DNA from: Octopus sinensis | Taxonomy: Eukaryota | DNA: 64,000 nucleotides | Assembly: GCF_006345805.1 (NCBI RefSeq) | Contig: NC_043016.1 | Location: 31,062,001 to 31,126,000 of the forward strand | Reading direction: 5' to 3' | Shown: in pieces, positions 25,921 through 39,036 of the stretch | How the letters are laid out: each line of letters starts with the position of its first letter | Position numbering within the stretch: position 1 is the first letter of the stretch | Program-made: the position numbers and the translations under genes | The notes under the pieces: model-generated | The model's database searches: none | Told to the model about the DNA's origin: nothing | The model's input: only the letters and a program-made list of their open reading frames with translations

Positions 25921-26244
25921 TGACCTCTGATGTCAGTATGGTCAGTGATCTTGTTCTTGTTATAATTTTTTTTTCTTTGGTTATACCTATCTAGGTTTGA
26001 GAAGGATATTACTTGATACATCCAGGGTAGGGTTTGGTTTTTTTTTTTTCCGTACCACGTATTGTGTGGAATATAAATTTAAGTTGCATAATGGGGAATG
26101 TGTATATTTTTGGATCTTTCAGCATGTCAGTGTATTTATTGAAGAACACTGATGAGGTGGAGTGCAAGATTATGTAATGTCTCAACTGTTATGTAATTAT
26201 TACAGTATTTTGGTGAAACATGTACACACATTCCCATTCAAATA

Positions 26245-26586
26245 TGAAGGTAAAAATTCTCTTTGGTCATGAATGACCATGGGATTGCACCTAGAAAGTT
26301 CCACTCCAAGGCACAAGTCTGGGCAAGGTTGTTTATTGAAGAACAGCAATCACCCATGCATACCAGCCTCCCTCTCCATGCCACTGACGTTATCCAAGAG
26401 AAAGGCAAAGGCCGATACCGCTTGGCACCAGTGATATCACAACTCATTTCTACAGCTGAGTGAACTGAAGCAACATAAAATAAAGTGTCTTGCTCAAGAG
26501 CACAACACATAACCTGGTTGGGGAATCAAACTCACTACCTCATGACTGAGCCCAATGCTCTAACCACTGAGCCATGTGCCTTCACT
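26245..26586 (-). mobile_element. SINE family B
   Basis: Reverse-complement homology to 61742-62088, including tRNA-like head gtgaaggcacatggctcagtggttag. Confidence 0.85.
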
Positions 26587-26619
26587 TATATTTATTCACA
26601 TTCACATATATTTGTATAT

Positions 26620-27400
26620 TATTGAGGTGAGTCAAACATTTTGCAATATTTGTATACTTGCTAGCTTGCAGCATGTATATCGCATGACTGAAGAAGTTCA
26701 AGTTGTGAAAGGCACCCGCTAAGACTGAGGTATCGTGGTAGTTGGTGTTGTTGACACGTGCATTGCTTCACTCCGTATGTGATTTGAAAGCCACTCAGAT
26801 GAATGTGCAATGTAGCTAATTTAGGAACTTATGCTTTATGAGTTCAAACTGGGCCATAATGACATGGAAGCAACCAATAACCATTTATTGTGCATAAGGT
26901 AAGATGAAGGCACAGTCAATCACAGTACAGTAACCAGATGGTTCAAAAACCTTTGCTCGGGTAGCAAGAGCCTTGACAGTCAGGCATAGTCATGTTGGCT
27001 TGAAATCATGGACTTTGAAGCAGTGCTCCAAGCCATAGAGGCAGTTCTGGTCAGTAGCACTTGGTGAGTATCAGATGAGCTCAGTATCTCATAGATGTAT
27101 GCCATTCTGTGGCAAAAATACCCAGCATTGGTTAACTGAAAGTTAGCTCTTCTAAGACAATGCAAGACCTCATGCCATTCCAAGAACCCAGAAGAAATTC
27201 CAGGAACTTGAAGAAATCAAACTGATGCCACAACCAGCATATAGTCTGGACCTAGCTCCCTTGAATTATTACTTGTTCTGATCCATGGCTCACTTTCTGT
27301 GCTTGCAACATTTCATCAACTAAGAGGAAATGAAAGCTTCAGTGAAGGATTTCTTTATCTTGAAGAACAAGAATTAGTATCAGCATGGGATCAAGGAATC
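26620..27400 (+). mobile_element. Degenerate mariner
   Basis: ELMLYEFKLGHN N-terminal and PAYSLDLAPLNYYLF (YSPDLAP-type) remnants. Confidence 0.75.
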
Positions 27401-27879
27401 AATACTAATTGTTAATTTAGAAATTATATTAATTTTTATGAAATTGAAAATAAGTTCTTAATTTACCAACTTTTTTTATTTGTTCATTATATGCTTTGTT
27501 ATTAAAAAAAAAACACAGTACAGAAATTTGTTGAACTGAAAATGACATCTAGTTCACTCTTAAAAAAACGGTTCTGATTTTGATGTTTAATATTGTTTTG
27601 AATTAATTGTGCATTATCTTTAGCTTTTGAGATTTTAATGTTTAGAATAACATTGTAGGGTAAGTGTAAGAGGCCAGATCTGGCAAATTTGAATTTAAAA
27701 CAGATAGAACATTTGGACCAGATACGACCAGTTTAAATGCTAAAGGATTAAATAAAAAAATGCACTAGTATCATTTTTATAAAAAGCTGAAGTAGCAGTG
27801 TTTCAAATACAATGTGTAATTTTTATGTAGATATGACTTGATTTTTGCTTTAATGTTATATCTGTCTTCTGTATTTTAG

Positions 27880-27961
27880 GCATCTTACCGAAACGGGAAT
27901 TGCAGAGTATCTTGAAAATGGAAATAAAAGCGTTGATGCAATTATGAAAATGGCACTTGAT
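27880..27961 (+). CDS. TDRD3: TDRD3 coding exon 2 (HLTETGIAEYLENGNKSVDAIMKMALD)
   Basis: ttttag acceptor, gtatgt donor; 82 nt, phase 2 to 0; resembles the TDRD3 DUF1767 segment. Confidence 0.88.
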
Positions 27962-28574
27962 GTATGTTCAAAAATTTTCATTTATTTTAGTGAATTACGG
28001 GAAGTGAAATAGTTTAAATCTGTTTATATGAGCATTTCCTCACTCTCATTCTTTTAATACTTAATATCCTGTACACCTTGAATCCGCCTGTTAGTGGTAG
28101 CACATGTATTTCCCAGTCCTGTAAAGCCTTGAAACTGCCCAAATTCAAATTTTTTGTTTATATTTGTTTTAAAGGACACTATAAACTTCCTAATCTAAGA
28201 TAGAAATTCTGTAAACTTTTATTCTGTTGCTTGTTAGTTTTCCCCCATCTTATACCAAATATAAAGTATTTCCCTGGTGAATTCTGTCATCTTTTCAATT
28301 CAATAATGTTACACATCTCTGATGATTTGACAGTGTCTTGATTATGTAGTTTGCATTTTGTAGCTAAAAATCACCTTATGTTAATGAGACCTGCAAAATG
28401 TTGTAACTGAATATTTCCTGTTTTGTTTCGTTTTCTACATTTCTTTTGTGAAATAGTTTAAATCCTAATTTCATACCAAGGGAAACAATTACAATACAGA
28501 AATTGAAATACACAGATGAAATATTAGTGACTTGTCATGCAATTTAAGACTTAAATTGTACCAGACTAATATAT

Positions 28575-28975
28575 CTTTTATCTTTAACTTGTTTCAGTCA
28601 TTGGAGTGCAACCATCATGGGGCACTGCTTTGAAAGTTTTTAGTTGAATGAATCAACACCAGTACTTTTTTTTCTTTAAGCTTGGTACTTATTCTATCAG
28701 TCTTTTATGCCAAACCACTAAGTTACAGGGATGTAAGCAAATCAACACCAGTTGTCAAGTGTTTGCAGGACACACACACACACACATACATATGCGTGCA
28801 CACACACATACACACACAATATGCTTCTTTCAGTTCTGTCTACCAAATTCACTGACAAGACTTTGGTTGGCCCATGGCTATAGTAGAAGACACTTGCCAA
28901 AGGTGCCAGGCAGTAGTACTAAACCTGGAACCATGTGTTTGGGAAGCAAACTTCTTTAGAACCCAGCCACTCCTT
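28575..28975 (-). mobile_element. SINE family A
   Basis: Reverse complement of family A, with internal (CA)n. Confidence 0.82.
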
Positions 28976-30265
28976 CACTTATATGTGTGTGTGAGTGTAT
29001 GTATGTATATATATATATATAAAATATAATTTTTTTTTTCAACATCATTTATTCTCTACTTGCCATACTGCTTTGGGTTTGGCGGGAGTTGGCAAGCTGT
29101 GACTCTGCGTTGAGGTTGTTATATTAGCTGCATGCCCTTCCTAATGCCAACTACTTAAATTGCACTAGGTGTTTTCTTTTTGTGCCACTGGCATTAGTTA
29201 GGTTGAAAGGCAGAAAAAGAACAAGAAAAAAGTAAAAGGAAAAATATCCTACTTCTAAAAGGGCAGTATTGTAGAGGGTGAAAGTGCAGGTGGGTGACTT
29301 TATGCCAAGTATTGAAAGGCTAATGTATGATGTAGAGACAAGCATAGGTGTCTTGCTACAGAGAAGATACATGACTGAAGGAGATAAAAAGAACATTCTG
29401 ATAGGTTGCTAGAGCAAGCTCTCAAATACAAGAGGTGGAGGGATAAGAGAGGATATGGACAGAGGGTCATGAGAGAGTGGATACTCTCATAAGAGTATGA
29501 AGGGGGAATTAACAGATAGTTAAAGATGCAGGTAGATGTGAATGTAGTGAGTAATGAACACAGGTGAAGGTACAGTTGTAAGGAAATATCAGTCCAGAGA
29601 GGGATAAGTACCAGTATGGTGTGAGATATAGGAGTGGATGAGAAGTAATGATATGATGTGCAAGATGTAGGAGCAGTGGAAAGGGTGATATAGAGGTACA
29701 TAAGAAGTCAAAGAATGTGAGACATGATAGTAGAAATGAGGGGGCATTGAGAATGGTAGCAAATAAGGTGTTAAGAATGGAGTATAACTGAGGGGAGAAA
29801 GTGACTGAAGGCACAGAAAGAGGTGATTGGTAGAGATAGTGTAAGCAGGGATGATAATGTGGAATGGAATTGGTTCTGTGGGGTAGGGAGGGAGGTGACT
29901 AGAAGGGAGATGTAATATGTACCAATTCTGCTCTCAGTTGATTATAGTAACTAAGTAACTCCTTAGAGGAGGAGCGAGCGGTGTTAAAGGAAGAGAATTC
30001 AGGGGTGGGGGCTGATGTGTCAGAAAAAGAGAGGAGTAAGACAAAGCCCTGCACATACAAGCATGACTAAGTGGTTTTAGGATGTGTGTGTATGCATAGT
30101 TGTGAGGTTAAGGAGTTTGTTTTCCAACCCTGTGATCTTGAGTTCAGTCCCAGTGTGTAGCACCTTTTGCAAGTGCCTTGTACTATGTCCCTGGATTGAC
30201 CAAAGCCTTTTGAAAGGATTTGAGTTGATGGATACTAAAAGTAGCTCATCATGAGTGTGTGTATG

Positions 30266-33200
30266 TCATCATCATCATCGTCGTTTAGCGTCCACTTTCC
30301 ATGCTGGCATGGGTTGGACGGTTCAACTGGGGTCTGGGAAGCCAGAAGGCTGCACCAGGCCCAGTCTGATCTGGCAATGTTTCTACAGCTGGATGCCCTT
30401 CCTAATGCCAACAACTCCATGAGTGTAGTGGGTGCTTTTTATGTGCCACCGGCACAGACGCCAGACGAGGCTGGCAGACGGCCACGATCAGATGATGCTT
30501 TTTACATGCCACCGGCACGGAGGCCAGGCAAGGCTGGCAACAGCCACGATCGGATGGTACTTTTTACGTGCCACTGGCACGGAGGCCAGTCGGGGCGGCG
30601 CTGGCAGCGGCCATGTTCAGATGATTCTCTTATGTGCCACCAGCACTGGTATCACAGCTACAATTTCCATTGATGTTGATTGATTTTGATTTTCACTTGC
30701 CTCAACAGGTCTTCACAAGTAGAGTTTTGTGTCCTATGAAGGAAAGGTATGCATAAGTGGACTGAGGCCACGGGTTATGGTCTCACTTGTCCTGCCGGGT
30801 CTTCTCACGCACAGCATACTTCCAAAGGTCTCGGTCTCTAGTCATTTCCTTGGTGAGACCTAAAGTTCGAAGGTCGTGCTTCACCACCTCGTCCCAAGTT
30901 TTCCTGGGTCTACCTCTTCCTCAGGTTCCCTCAACCGCTAGGGTGTGGCACTTTTTCACACAACTATCTTCATTCATTCTCACCATACCAGCGCAAACGT
31001 CTCTCTTGCACACCACAACTGATGCTTTTACACTCTGTCGAGTATGAACACTGACATTACACATCCATCGGAGCATACTGGCTTCATTTCTTGTGAGCTT
31101 ACGCATATCCTCAGCAGTCATGGCCCACGTTTCACTGCCATGTAGCATGGCTGTTCATACACATGCATCATACAGTCTGCCTTTTGCTCTGAGCGAGAGG
31201 CCTTTTGTCCCCAGCAGGGGTAAGAGCCCTCTGAACTTTGCCCAGGCTATTCTTACTCTAGCAGTTAAACTTTCAACACACCCGCCCCCGCTACTGACTT
31301 GGTCACCTAGGTAACGGAAGCTATCAACTATTTCTAGTTTTTCTCCCTGGAATGTGGCGGAAGTTGGTCTCTGTGCATTTTCAGTGTTTATTGCTCCTGA
31401 GCATCTGCCACAAATAAAAACTATTTTCCTAGTTAGCCTTCCCTTGACGTTGCTTCACCTCTTATGTGTCCATAGCTTACACTTGGTGCATCTTATAGAG
31501 TTTCTACCTACGCCTTTTCTACAGATCGAGCAGGGCCATCTACCTGACGGCGTTTGTGACTTGTCTACCTTCCTACTTATTAGGACTTTGGTTTTAGCTA
31601 GGTTGACTCTAAGGCCTTTCGATTCTAATCCTTGCTTCCAGACTTGAAACTTCTCCTCCAGTTCTGATAGTGATTCAGCAATTAGAGCAAGGTCATCAGC
31701 ATAGAGGAGCTCCCAGGGGCATCCTATCTTGAATTCCTCCGTTATTGCCTGGAGGGCTATGATAAATAGGAGGGGGCAGAGGACTGAACCTTGGTGGACC
31801 CCTACCTCTACCCGGAATTCTTCACTGTACTCGTTGCCAACCCTCACCTTACTAGCAGTGTCCCCGTACATGGCTTGCACAGCTCTCACTAACCATTCAT
31901 CTATCCCTAGTTTCCTCATTGACCACCAGATGAGGGATCAGGGGACCCTGTCGAAGGTTTTCTCCATGTCAACGAAAGCCAGGTACAGGGGCTTATCTTT
32001 GGCTAGATATTTCTCCTGCAGCTGTCTTACCAGGAATATGGCATCAGTAGTGCTTTTCGCTGGCACAAACCCAAACTGCATCTCATCTAAACTAACTCTC
32101 TCTCTAATCAGTTGGGCTATGACCCTCTCCGTAACCTTCATTATCTGATCCAACATCTTGATACCTCTGTAATTATTTGTATCTAGGGCGTCACCTTTAC
32201 CTTTGTAGCAGTTGACTATTATGCTGCTATACCAGTCATTGGGTATGACTCCTTCGTGTATCACCTGGTTAACTATACGGGTGACTAGGCTATAGCTGAC
32301 ACTACCAGATATTTTGAGCATCTCTGCAGTAATTCCTGATGGGCCTGGGGCTTTCCCTGTCTTCATGCTTCTAATTGCCTTAACTACCAAGGAACTGTCA
32401 ACTCGGATAGCTGGTCCCTCTGTTGGGTTGACATTTGGCAGACTCTCTTTATCCCATTCATTTTCTTTATTCAGCAACCTTTCATAGTGGCATCTCCAAA
32501 CCTCTCTCTTTGCATCCTCATTTAGCGCAAGTGAACCATCATCCATGCGAACACACTTCTCTCCTACCACATCACGATTCTCTCTCATACACTGTCTTGC
32601 AACACGAAATACTTCAAGTCGTTGGTCCTCACGGTGCAGAACATTGGCAAATTTTTTCTTATCTGCTTCCCCTCTGGCTAAATAAACCTGTCTCCTTAGC
32701 TTCTCTTTTGGCAGTCTGATACACTTCCCTGCTACCCCCATTCTTCCAGTCCTTCGAAGCCTGTCTCTTTTCTCTAATAGCCCTGTCTACAACATTGTTC
32801 CACCACTACATTATTTTAGGTTGAGAGAGGACTTTGCACCAGCCACAGATCTGGTCAGCGGCTCTCAGCAGGATGTCCCTTAGAATCCTCCAGTTGTCTT
32901 CTACCCCATGTGAAGCTATATCCCCTTCTACTTCGTCAAAGGCTTCAAGTAATATGTCCCTAAATCTCTGTCCATTCGCAGGATCTTTAAGCTTCCAGAT
33001 CCTTCTTCTCCATGTTGGTCGTCTTCTGGTCGTCCTCTTAGTCCTGATCCTAAAGTCACTAACTACCAGTCTATGTTGTGGGGTACATTCTTCGCCTGGG
33101 AAGGTTTTGGCATTTATAAGCAGCCATCTTTCCCTTTTCCTGGCAAGGATGTAGTCAATTTGGCTTGTATGTCGACCCGATTGGTAGGTTTCCTGAAGTT

Positions 33201-33619
33201 AGTGTTGCAAACCATAAGATCATTTGCATCGCAGAACTCCAGCAGCCTGGTTCCCTCCTCGTTGCGGGAACATGCCCATTGAAATCACCAGCCACAAAGA
33301 GAAGGTCTCCGTTGTTCGTCAACGAGGTAGTCTGCAGTAGGGCGTCATAGAATCGGTCTTTCTGTCCATCGGGTAGCCTCGGCTGAGGGGCATAGGCCGA
33401 TATAATGGTTGCTAATCTATGATGAAGCACTAATCTAATCTTAAGTATTCTGTCACTTACTCTGATTACCTCAATTACCTTATCTATCCATTTTTGAGCG
33501 AGAAGTATACCCACGCCCCCAACCCCGTCAGTGTTCCCTGGCCAGAAAATCTTGTACCTGTGTTCTTTGCCCTTGAGGAACCTAGTAGAACCTCCTCTCC
33601 ACCTTACTTCTTGGATGCA
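30266..33619 (-). mobile_element. RTE-clade LINE (APE + RT + PHD-type finger), slightly 5'-truncated, same family as 14541-18074
   Basis: ORFs 33155..33514, 31938..32741, 31455..31919, 30921..31148 align colinearly with the + copy; (ATC)n tail at 30266. Confidence 0.95.
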
Positions 33620-33623
33620 TCAT

Positions 33624-33670
<47 letters not shown>

Positions 33671-33671
<1 letters not shown>

Positions 33672-34912
33672 CAGGTCATCCCATAAATTCTGTCCGATTT
33701 TACTCTTTTAAAATTGAATGAAATTTAATAGTATTTTAGAATGTCTAATGGAATTAAAAATTATTTTTATGCATTTGTGTATATTTAAACTAATTAAATA
33801 TTATTTTACAGAATAGTAGAATTAAAATTCCTTCGATTAAAACCCTTTCTAACATGGAAGTATCCAAAGAGCATTTGAAGCACATAATGCTTTATGAGTA
33901 CAAAAAAAGAAACTCTGCAGCTGAAGCGACTTGAAACATACACTCAGTTTATGGTAAAGAATGCTTTAATGAAAGAACTTGCAGAAGATTGTTTGCAAAA
34001 TTCAGAATTGGAGATTTCAGCCTTGAAGATGAAGATCCAACAGGACGTCCAGTTGAGCTTGATGATAAGCTCCTTGAGACATTACTTGAAGGAAATCCTG
34101 CATTATCTGTTGAAGAATTGGCAATAAAGCTTAGTTCAAACCATACAACTGTTCATCGTCATCAACAACTTGGAAAGTTTCACGGGTGCCTCATGAATTG
34201 TTGGAAAGCAACCACAAATCCCGAGTTGACATCTGCTCTTCTCTTCATTCTTGCGAACTCATTTCACCCTTTTTGGATAGACTTGTGACTGGTAACGAAA
34301 AATGGATCTGCTATTGAAATGTTAAACGTCGTAAAAGGTGGCTTAATAAAAAGGAAAAAGCTCAACCACAACCAAGAACAGAACTTCATGGGAAAAAGGT
34401 TCTTCTCTATATCTGGTGGGATTGCAAAGGAGTAATTTACTTTGAATTGTTACCACCTAATGCAACAATCAATGCTCAAGTCTACTGTTAGCAATTAGTG
34501 TTTCAACCAAGCTTTGAAGGAAAAAAGACCCACTTTGATGTTTCATCAGGACAATGCGTGACCCCACACTGCAAAGATCACATCACAAGATTGAAGAGCT
34601 TGGTTGGGAAAACATTCCTCATCTACCATATTCTCCCAACCTTGCTCCTTCAGACTACCATTTCTTTCATAGTTTACAGAATCATTTGGGGGACATAATT
34701 TTTGCAAGCCAGAAGGAGGTTGAAACTGACATTTCAGAGTTTTTCGCTTTTAAATCAAAAGAGTTTTACATTGATGGGATTAAAAAGCTTGTAAATAGAT
34801 GGAAGGAAGTCATAGATAATCAGGGAAAGTACATTGATGCTTAAATTTCAATTAAATATATTTGATCACTTGTTTTCTTTATTCAAAATTCAGAACTTCT
34901 GGGATGACCTGA
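33671..34912 (+). mobile_element. Full-length defective mariner transposon (1242 bp)
   Basis: TIRs tcaggtcatcccataaattctg / cagaacttctgggatgacctga flanked by TA; transposase from ATG 33854 (MEVSKEHLKHIMLYEY) to 34844 with VTGNEKW, HQDNA, YSPNLAPSDYH; frameshifts and stops. Confidence 0.95.
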
Positions 34913-35011
34913 TATATATGAAGGTGTATGTATATATTTGTTCATATTTATGTATGTATATATGTTAATAGATGTATTTAATGAACTTTTGTGTATTTGT
35001 ATCATTTTCAG

Positions 35012-35077
35012 GTTGACCTGAGAAATATCGGTCAAAAATTCCTGCCAGATGATATTAACCGAGGCAAGATAGACTAT
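35012..35077 (+). CDS. TDRD3: TDRD3 coding exon 3 (VDLRNIGQKFLPDDINRGKIDY)
   Basis: ttttcag acceptor, gtaagc donor; matches the DLRxIGxKFLPxDIN motif of TDRD3. Confidence 0.93.
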
Positions 35078-36158
35078 GTAAGCATAAGGTTTGCTTTTAA
35101 TTATGTTTTTTTTTTACTTCCTTTTTAGATATCATTGAAAAATAATTTCCATCAACATTCACCATTCATATTGCTTTAACATTGTATGTGGATGCTAGTG
35201 GTCAGGTATTTCTTCCATTGCAAGTTGTTGCAGAGTTTTTTCTTATAGTCTTTAAGCTTTCAGTTTTTGATATCTGCTTTCCATGTTTGGCTGGATTGAA
35301 TCTGTCTTCACAGTTTGGGTCACTCCCCTTCCCCACTTGAGAGTCATTACCCTTCTAGTCAGTTTGGATGTCAGTGTCTCCTCTTTATGCATTGTTTTAT
35401 CCTAGTTTCTACCAACATGTTTTTGCTGGTAAGTGTTGGGTCAGTCTAGAAATGGTTCTGTAAGGTGTGGTGCAAGCTTTAGTGGACCTAAAATTTTCAG
35501 CTGTGCGATTGCTGACACTGTAACTTTCTGATGTCTAGTTGTGTAGGAGGGCACTGCAGCAAGCATGGAAGCCACAGGTATGAGCCTGGGGTCAAGCTAA
35601 TGTGTGTGCAGTAACCTTATGCACAGGCATTACTGACATTTTGTATAGGCAATGGTTAATGATAGTCTTCCTTGGTTGCAAGTGGATAGCCATCAAGTGT
35701 ATGTATGTGTGTGTGTGTGTTTTGCTCAACCCGAAAGTATAATAGAGAACAATAGCTGACTGCATCCTTAGGTTTGGAACAAGCTGCATGGATTTGAAGT
35801 GAACTTCTCAGCCACATAGCTATGTCTACACACATAAACACATGCACACACATTCACACACACACACACAATCTCCTTATTTTTCTCATTACTTAAGATA
35901 ACTGAAGGATGTTTTCATACACACACACACACACACACACACACTTCATTGCTTAAATATTATTTTAATCAGTTTGTTTTGTTTGTTCAGTAAGCTTTTC
36001 CCAATAGCTTTGATCTGCGGGATATGGTCTCGATTGAAGATTATTTATCTTATGATTCAACTTCATCTTCATAAATTTTATGGATAGAATTTTGTGTGTG
36101 TGTAAAAAAAAAAAAAAAAAGTACTTTATATTATATTTACTGCCTAATTATTTTTCAG

Positions 36159-36319
36159 ATCCAAGGTCCTTGTGTTCTCCAAATTCAGAAAATACGCAAT
36201 GTATCTGCCCCTAAAGAACATGAAGAATCACAGGCAGCTCCACGCTTATTGAAACTATCTTTGACTGATGGTCATTGCACATGTTATGGCATTGAATTAG
36301 AATCTATTAATTCTGTCAG
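36159..36319 (+). CDS. TDRD3: TDRD3 coding exon 4, OB-fold ([39 protein letters not shown]...)
   Basis: tttttcag/gtaaat boundaries; closely follows the TDRD3 RMI1-like OB-fold motif [16 protein letters not shown]...[13 protein letters not shown]. Confidence 0.96.
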
Positions 36320-37211
36320 GTAAATTTTCTTAATTTAAAAATACAGTTGCAAACTTCAAAACTTTTTCAAACCAATAATCATTTTTTTTTTTATACTATT
36401 AATATTTATACAGCCTTTGAATCTTCTGCAGATACAAGTAAATTATATTAAACGTCCAGCTACTGTCACCACACCTTAATATTCTCTCATCTGTTTATTC
36501 TTCTGTATCATTTACAGTCTGTATCTCAATCATCCATGACATCTCTATCACTCTATCTCTGTCATCACTCTTCATTTCTTACATTCTCTCTAATCACCTC
36601 ATTCATTTCATTGCACCCTTACAGCCCAGAATTGCATTGGATCAGTCCAATATATTTGTTAATGAGCCGTCATTATTTAGTGTCACTTTATAAGTAAGGA
36701 ATTTGTATGATGTCAATTATTCCTTCATTGTTTTAATGTCAAATTTTCTAATGTTTTCCACCATTTTGAAATTAGCATATTGGCAACTATAAATATTTTG
36801 GAAGATGGGAATCTTTTTTGTACAAATAGATGAAATTTTTGAAAGAGGAATGGAAAAAGATAAAGTTAAATTAACTATTTCTTTTAGCTACTTTTTTTTT
36901 TACTTAAGTTGAATATAGATCTGTAATTTTGTTAAGCGACTTTCACTTTTGGAATTTCTTATGCAGCTGTTAAGTTTTACTTCAGATGTTGAACAAGTGA
37001 ATCAGCTCACAGAGCAATGAAAGAGAGGCACTTAATGCAGTATAGAAAAGAAGAATATTTTGTATTTGAAGATTTGTTTTTTATGGTCTTAGTGTCATAT
37101 CTGGAAGTATACTGTAATAGGTTTAGACTCAGTTAGAAGTACTTGTCTAAATGTGAAAAATAACTTAATTCAAGAAATCAAAGGAACTGAGAATCACAAT
37201 TATCATTTCAG

Positions 37212-37353
37212 TTTGAACACTCCTCCAGGAAGTAAAGTTTTGTTTACTGGAACCATTCCTGTTGAGAATGGATTTTTACAGCTGAATGGTAAAAATACCA
37301 AAGGTATTGGTGGCAGAGTTGAAAAACTTGTTGAAAATTGGGAGCTGAAGCGG
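37212..37353 (+). CDS. TDRD3: TDRD3 coding exon 5, OB-fold (SLNTPPGSKVLFTGTIPVENGFLQL...LVENWELKR)
   Basis: tttcag/gtaggt boundaries, phase 2 to 0; SLNTPPG.KV, NGFL.L and GG.VE.L.E.W motifs. Confidence 0.96.
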
Positions 37354-38404
37354 GTAGGTCCAATTTCAGTGTAGAAATAGATGCACAAATCTATTCTATT
37401 TTTGTTTTAAAATATGTTTTCTATTATTTTTTATAGAATCTAAGGTACAAATTATGTTTAAATTCATCACAATAAAGTGTTTGCAAGAGAGAGATTGAAG
37501 GAAGAATCATTTGGGTCTACAAAGCTTAGACTGAAAATGGAAATTACTTTTTCAGTTAATTGGCTTAAGGCAATTAGAAATCTAAAAATTTGGACTGATG
37601 ACTATTGACCAAAAATTATGTTTATAATTAGTTATTGTTTGAAAGAATTTTAACTGATACTCTTCAGACCAAATGTTTAGTTCTGTAATTCTTTTGTTAG
37701 TAAAACACTTTTAGTCATATGTTGTCAAAACACTTGAAACTACACAGATTTACCTATTTGTATGTCAATCAACATGATCACAGAATACACTAATGATACA
37801 AAATAATTGTGTATCTTCCAAAATTGTTATGACATGACTTTTGTGTTGTTGGAATTTTTTGTCTTTTTTTTTTATTTCTACAATGTTTTATCTGACTTTT
37901 TTTGTTTAATTATGTAAACTTAAGATTTAATTATAGGTAATTTGAATTTGAAGTATTTTCAAAGGCAAAAATGGTTGCAGCCAATAAAATGCAACATGCA
38001 AAATACATACTATATTTTGATTGAATGTTTTGACTTCTGGTATCAAAAACAACTGAAACACCAGTATTGAAAACAGTAACAAATAAATTCTCAAAAGAGA
38101 ATGGAGTGAAAACTTGAAAAGTATTTCTTTTCTAAATTCTTTTCCAATCTTGGACTCAGTCAGTCATAAAGTACCTTTGTATATTCCAGTTCAGTTATTT
38201 CATACCAATGGCAGAGAACTGATTTTATATACAATTAGTTTTGAGAAAACAATAATTCTGACATGAATTTATGTAAGAGCCATTTAAGTACTTCAGTATA
38301 TTAATAAAAGTTATAGTTATTTTCCAAACTAGTCTAAATTCATAGTTTTCTGGAATGTAATTGAAACATACAGTATTTTAATTATAAATTTGTATGTGGA
38401 AGGT

Positions 38405-39036
38405 GCACAGGTACAATATCTAACTGTGGAGGGAACCTGTGGTAGAGGTAGACCCAGGAAGACATGGGATGAGGTGGTGAAGCATGATCTTTGAACTTGA
38501 GCCTCACAGAGGCAATGACTGGCGACCAAGACCTTTGGCAATGTGCCGTGCTTGAGAGGACCTGTCAAGCCAAGTGCACCTATGCTAGTGGCATGTAAAG
38601 AACATCCTTTGAATGTTCACTGAGGCAAAGTGGCTGAGTTTCTTTTGTGCGTTGGGCCTCCCAGAGGCAAAGTGGCTGAGTTCCTTTCAAGTGTTGGGCC
38701 TCATGGAGGCGATGACCAAGACCTTTGGCATTATGTCATGCTTGAGAAGACCCATCAAGCCGAGCAAAATCACAGTCGTGGCAGATACTGGTGTCACGCA
38801 AATTGGCATTTGTGCCAGTGGTACGTAAATGCACCTTGGTGTCGCACAAATGGCACCTGTGCCAGTGGAACATAAAAGCACCCATTACACTCTGAGAGTG
38901 GTTGGCGTTAGGAAGGACATCCAGCCATAGAAAACCATGCCAAATCAGACTAGAGTCTGATGCAGCCTTCCAGTTTGCCAGCCCAGTCAAACTGTCCAAC
39001 CCATGCCAACATGGAGAATGGATGTTAAATGATGAT
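38405..39036 (+). mobile_element. 3' fragment of PHD-RTE LINE with internal duplications
   Basis: VEGTCGRGRPRKTWDEVVKHDL, a duplicated gaccaagacctttggca block, and the family tail. Confidence 0.88.

Noticed and set aside
26090-26240. + strand CTGATGA...GAAACATGTA hammerhead-like core in a weak hairpin
   Set aside because: Stems I and II cannot be formed; at best a decayed relic.
29150-30060. Purine-rich strand-biased tract with - strand ORFs
   Set aside because: Low-complexity sequence next to an RTE tail relic; the peptides have no recognisable motifs.
30431-30650. CRISPR-like repeat/spacer appearance
   Set aside because: Eukaryotic LINE 3' UTR; units are degenerate, the intervening parts are homologous to each other, and there are no cas genes.
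33854-34844. Active or domesticated mariner transposase (SETMAR-like gene)
   Set aside because: Several frameshifts and stops, and the first catalytic Asp reads Asn; no SET domain.
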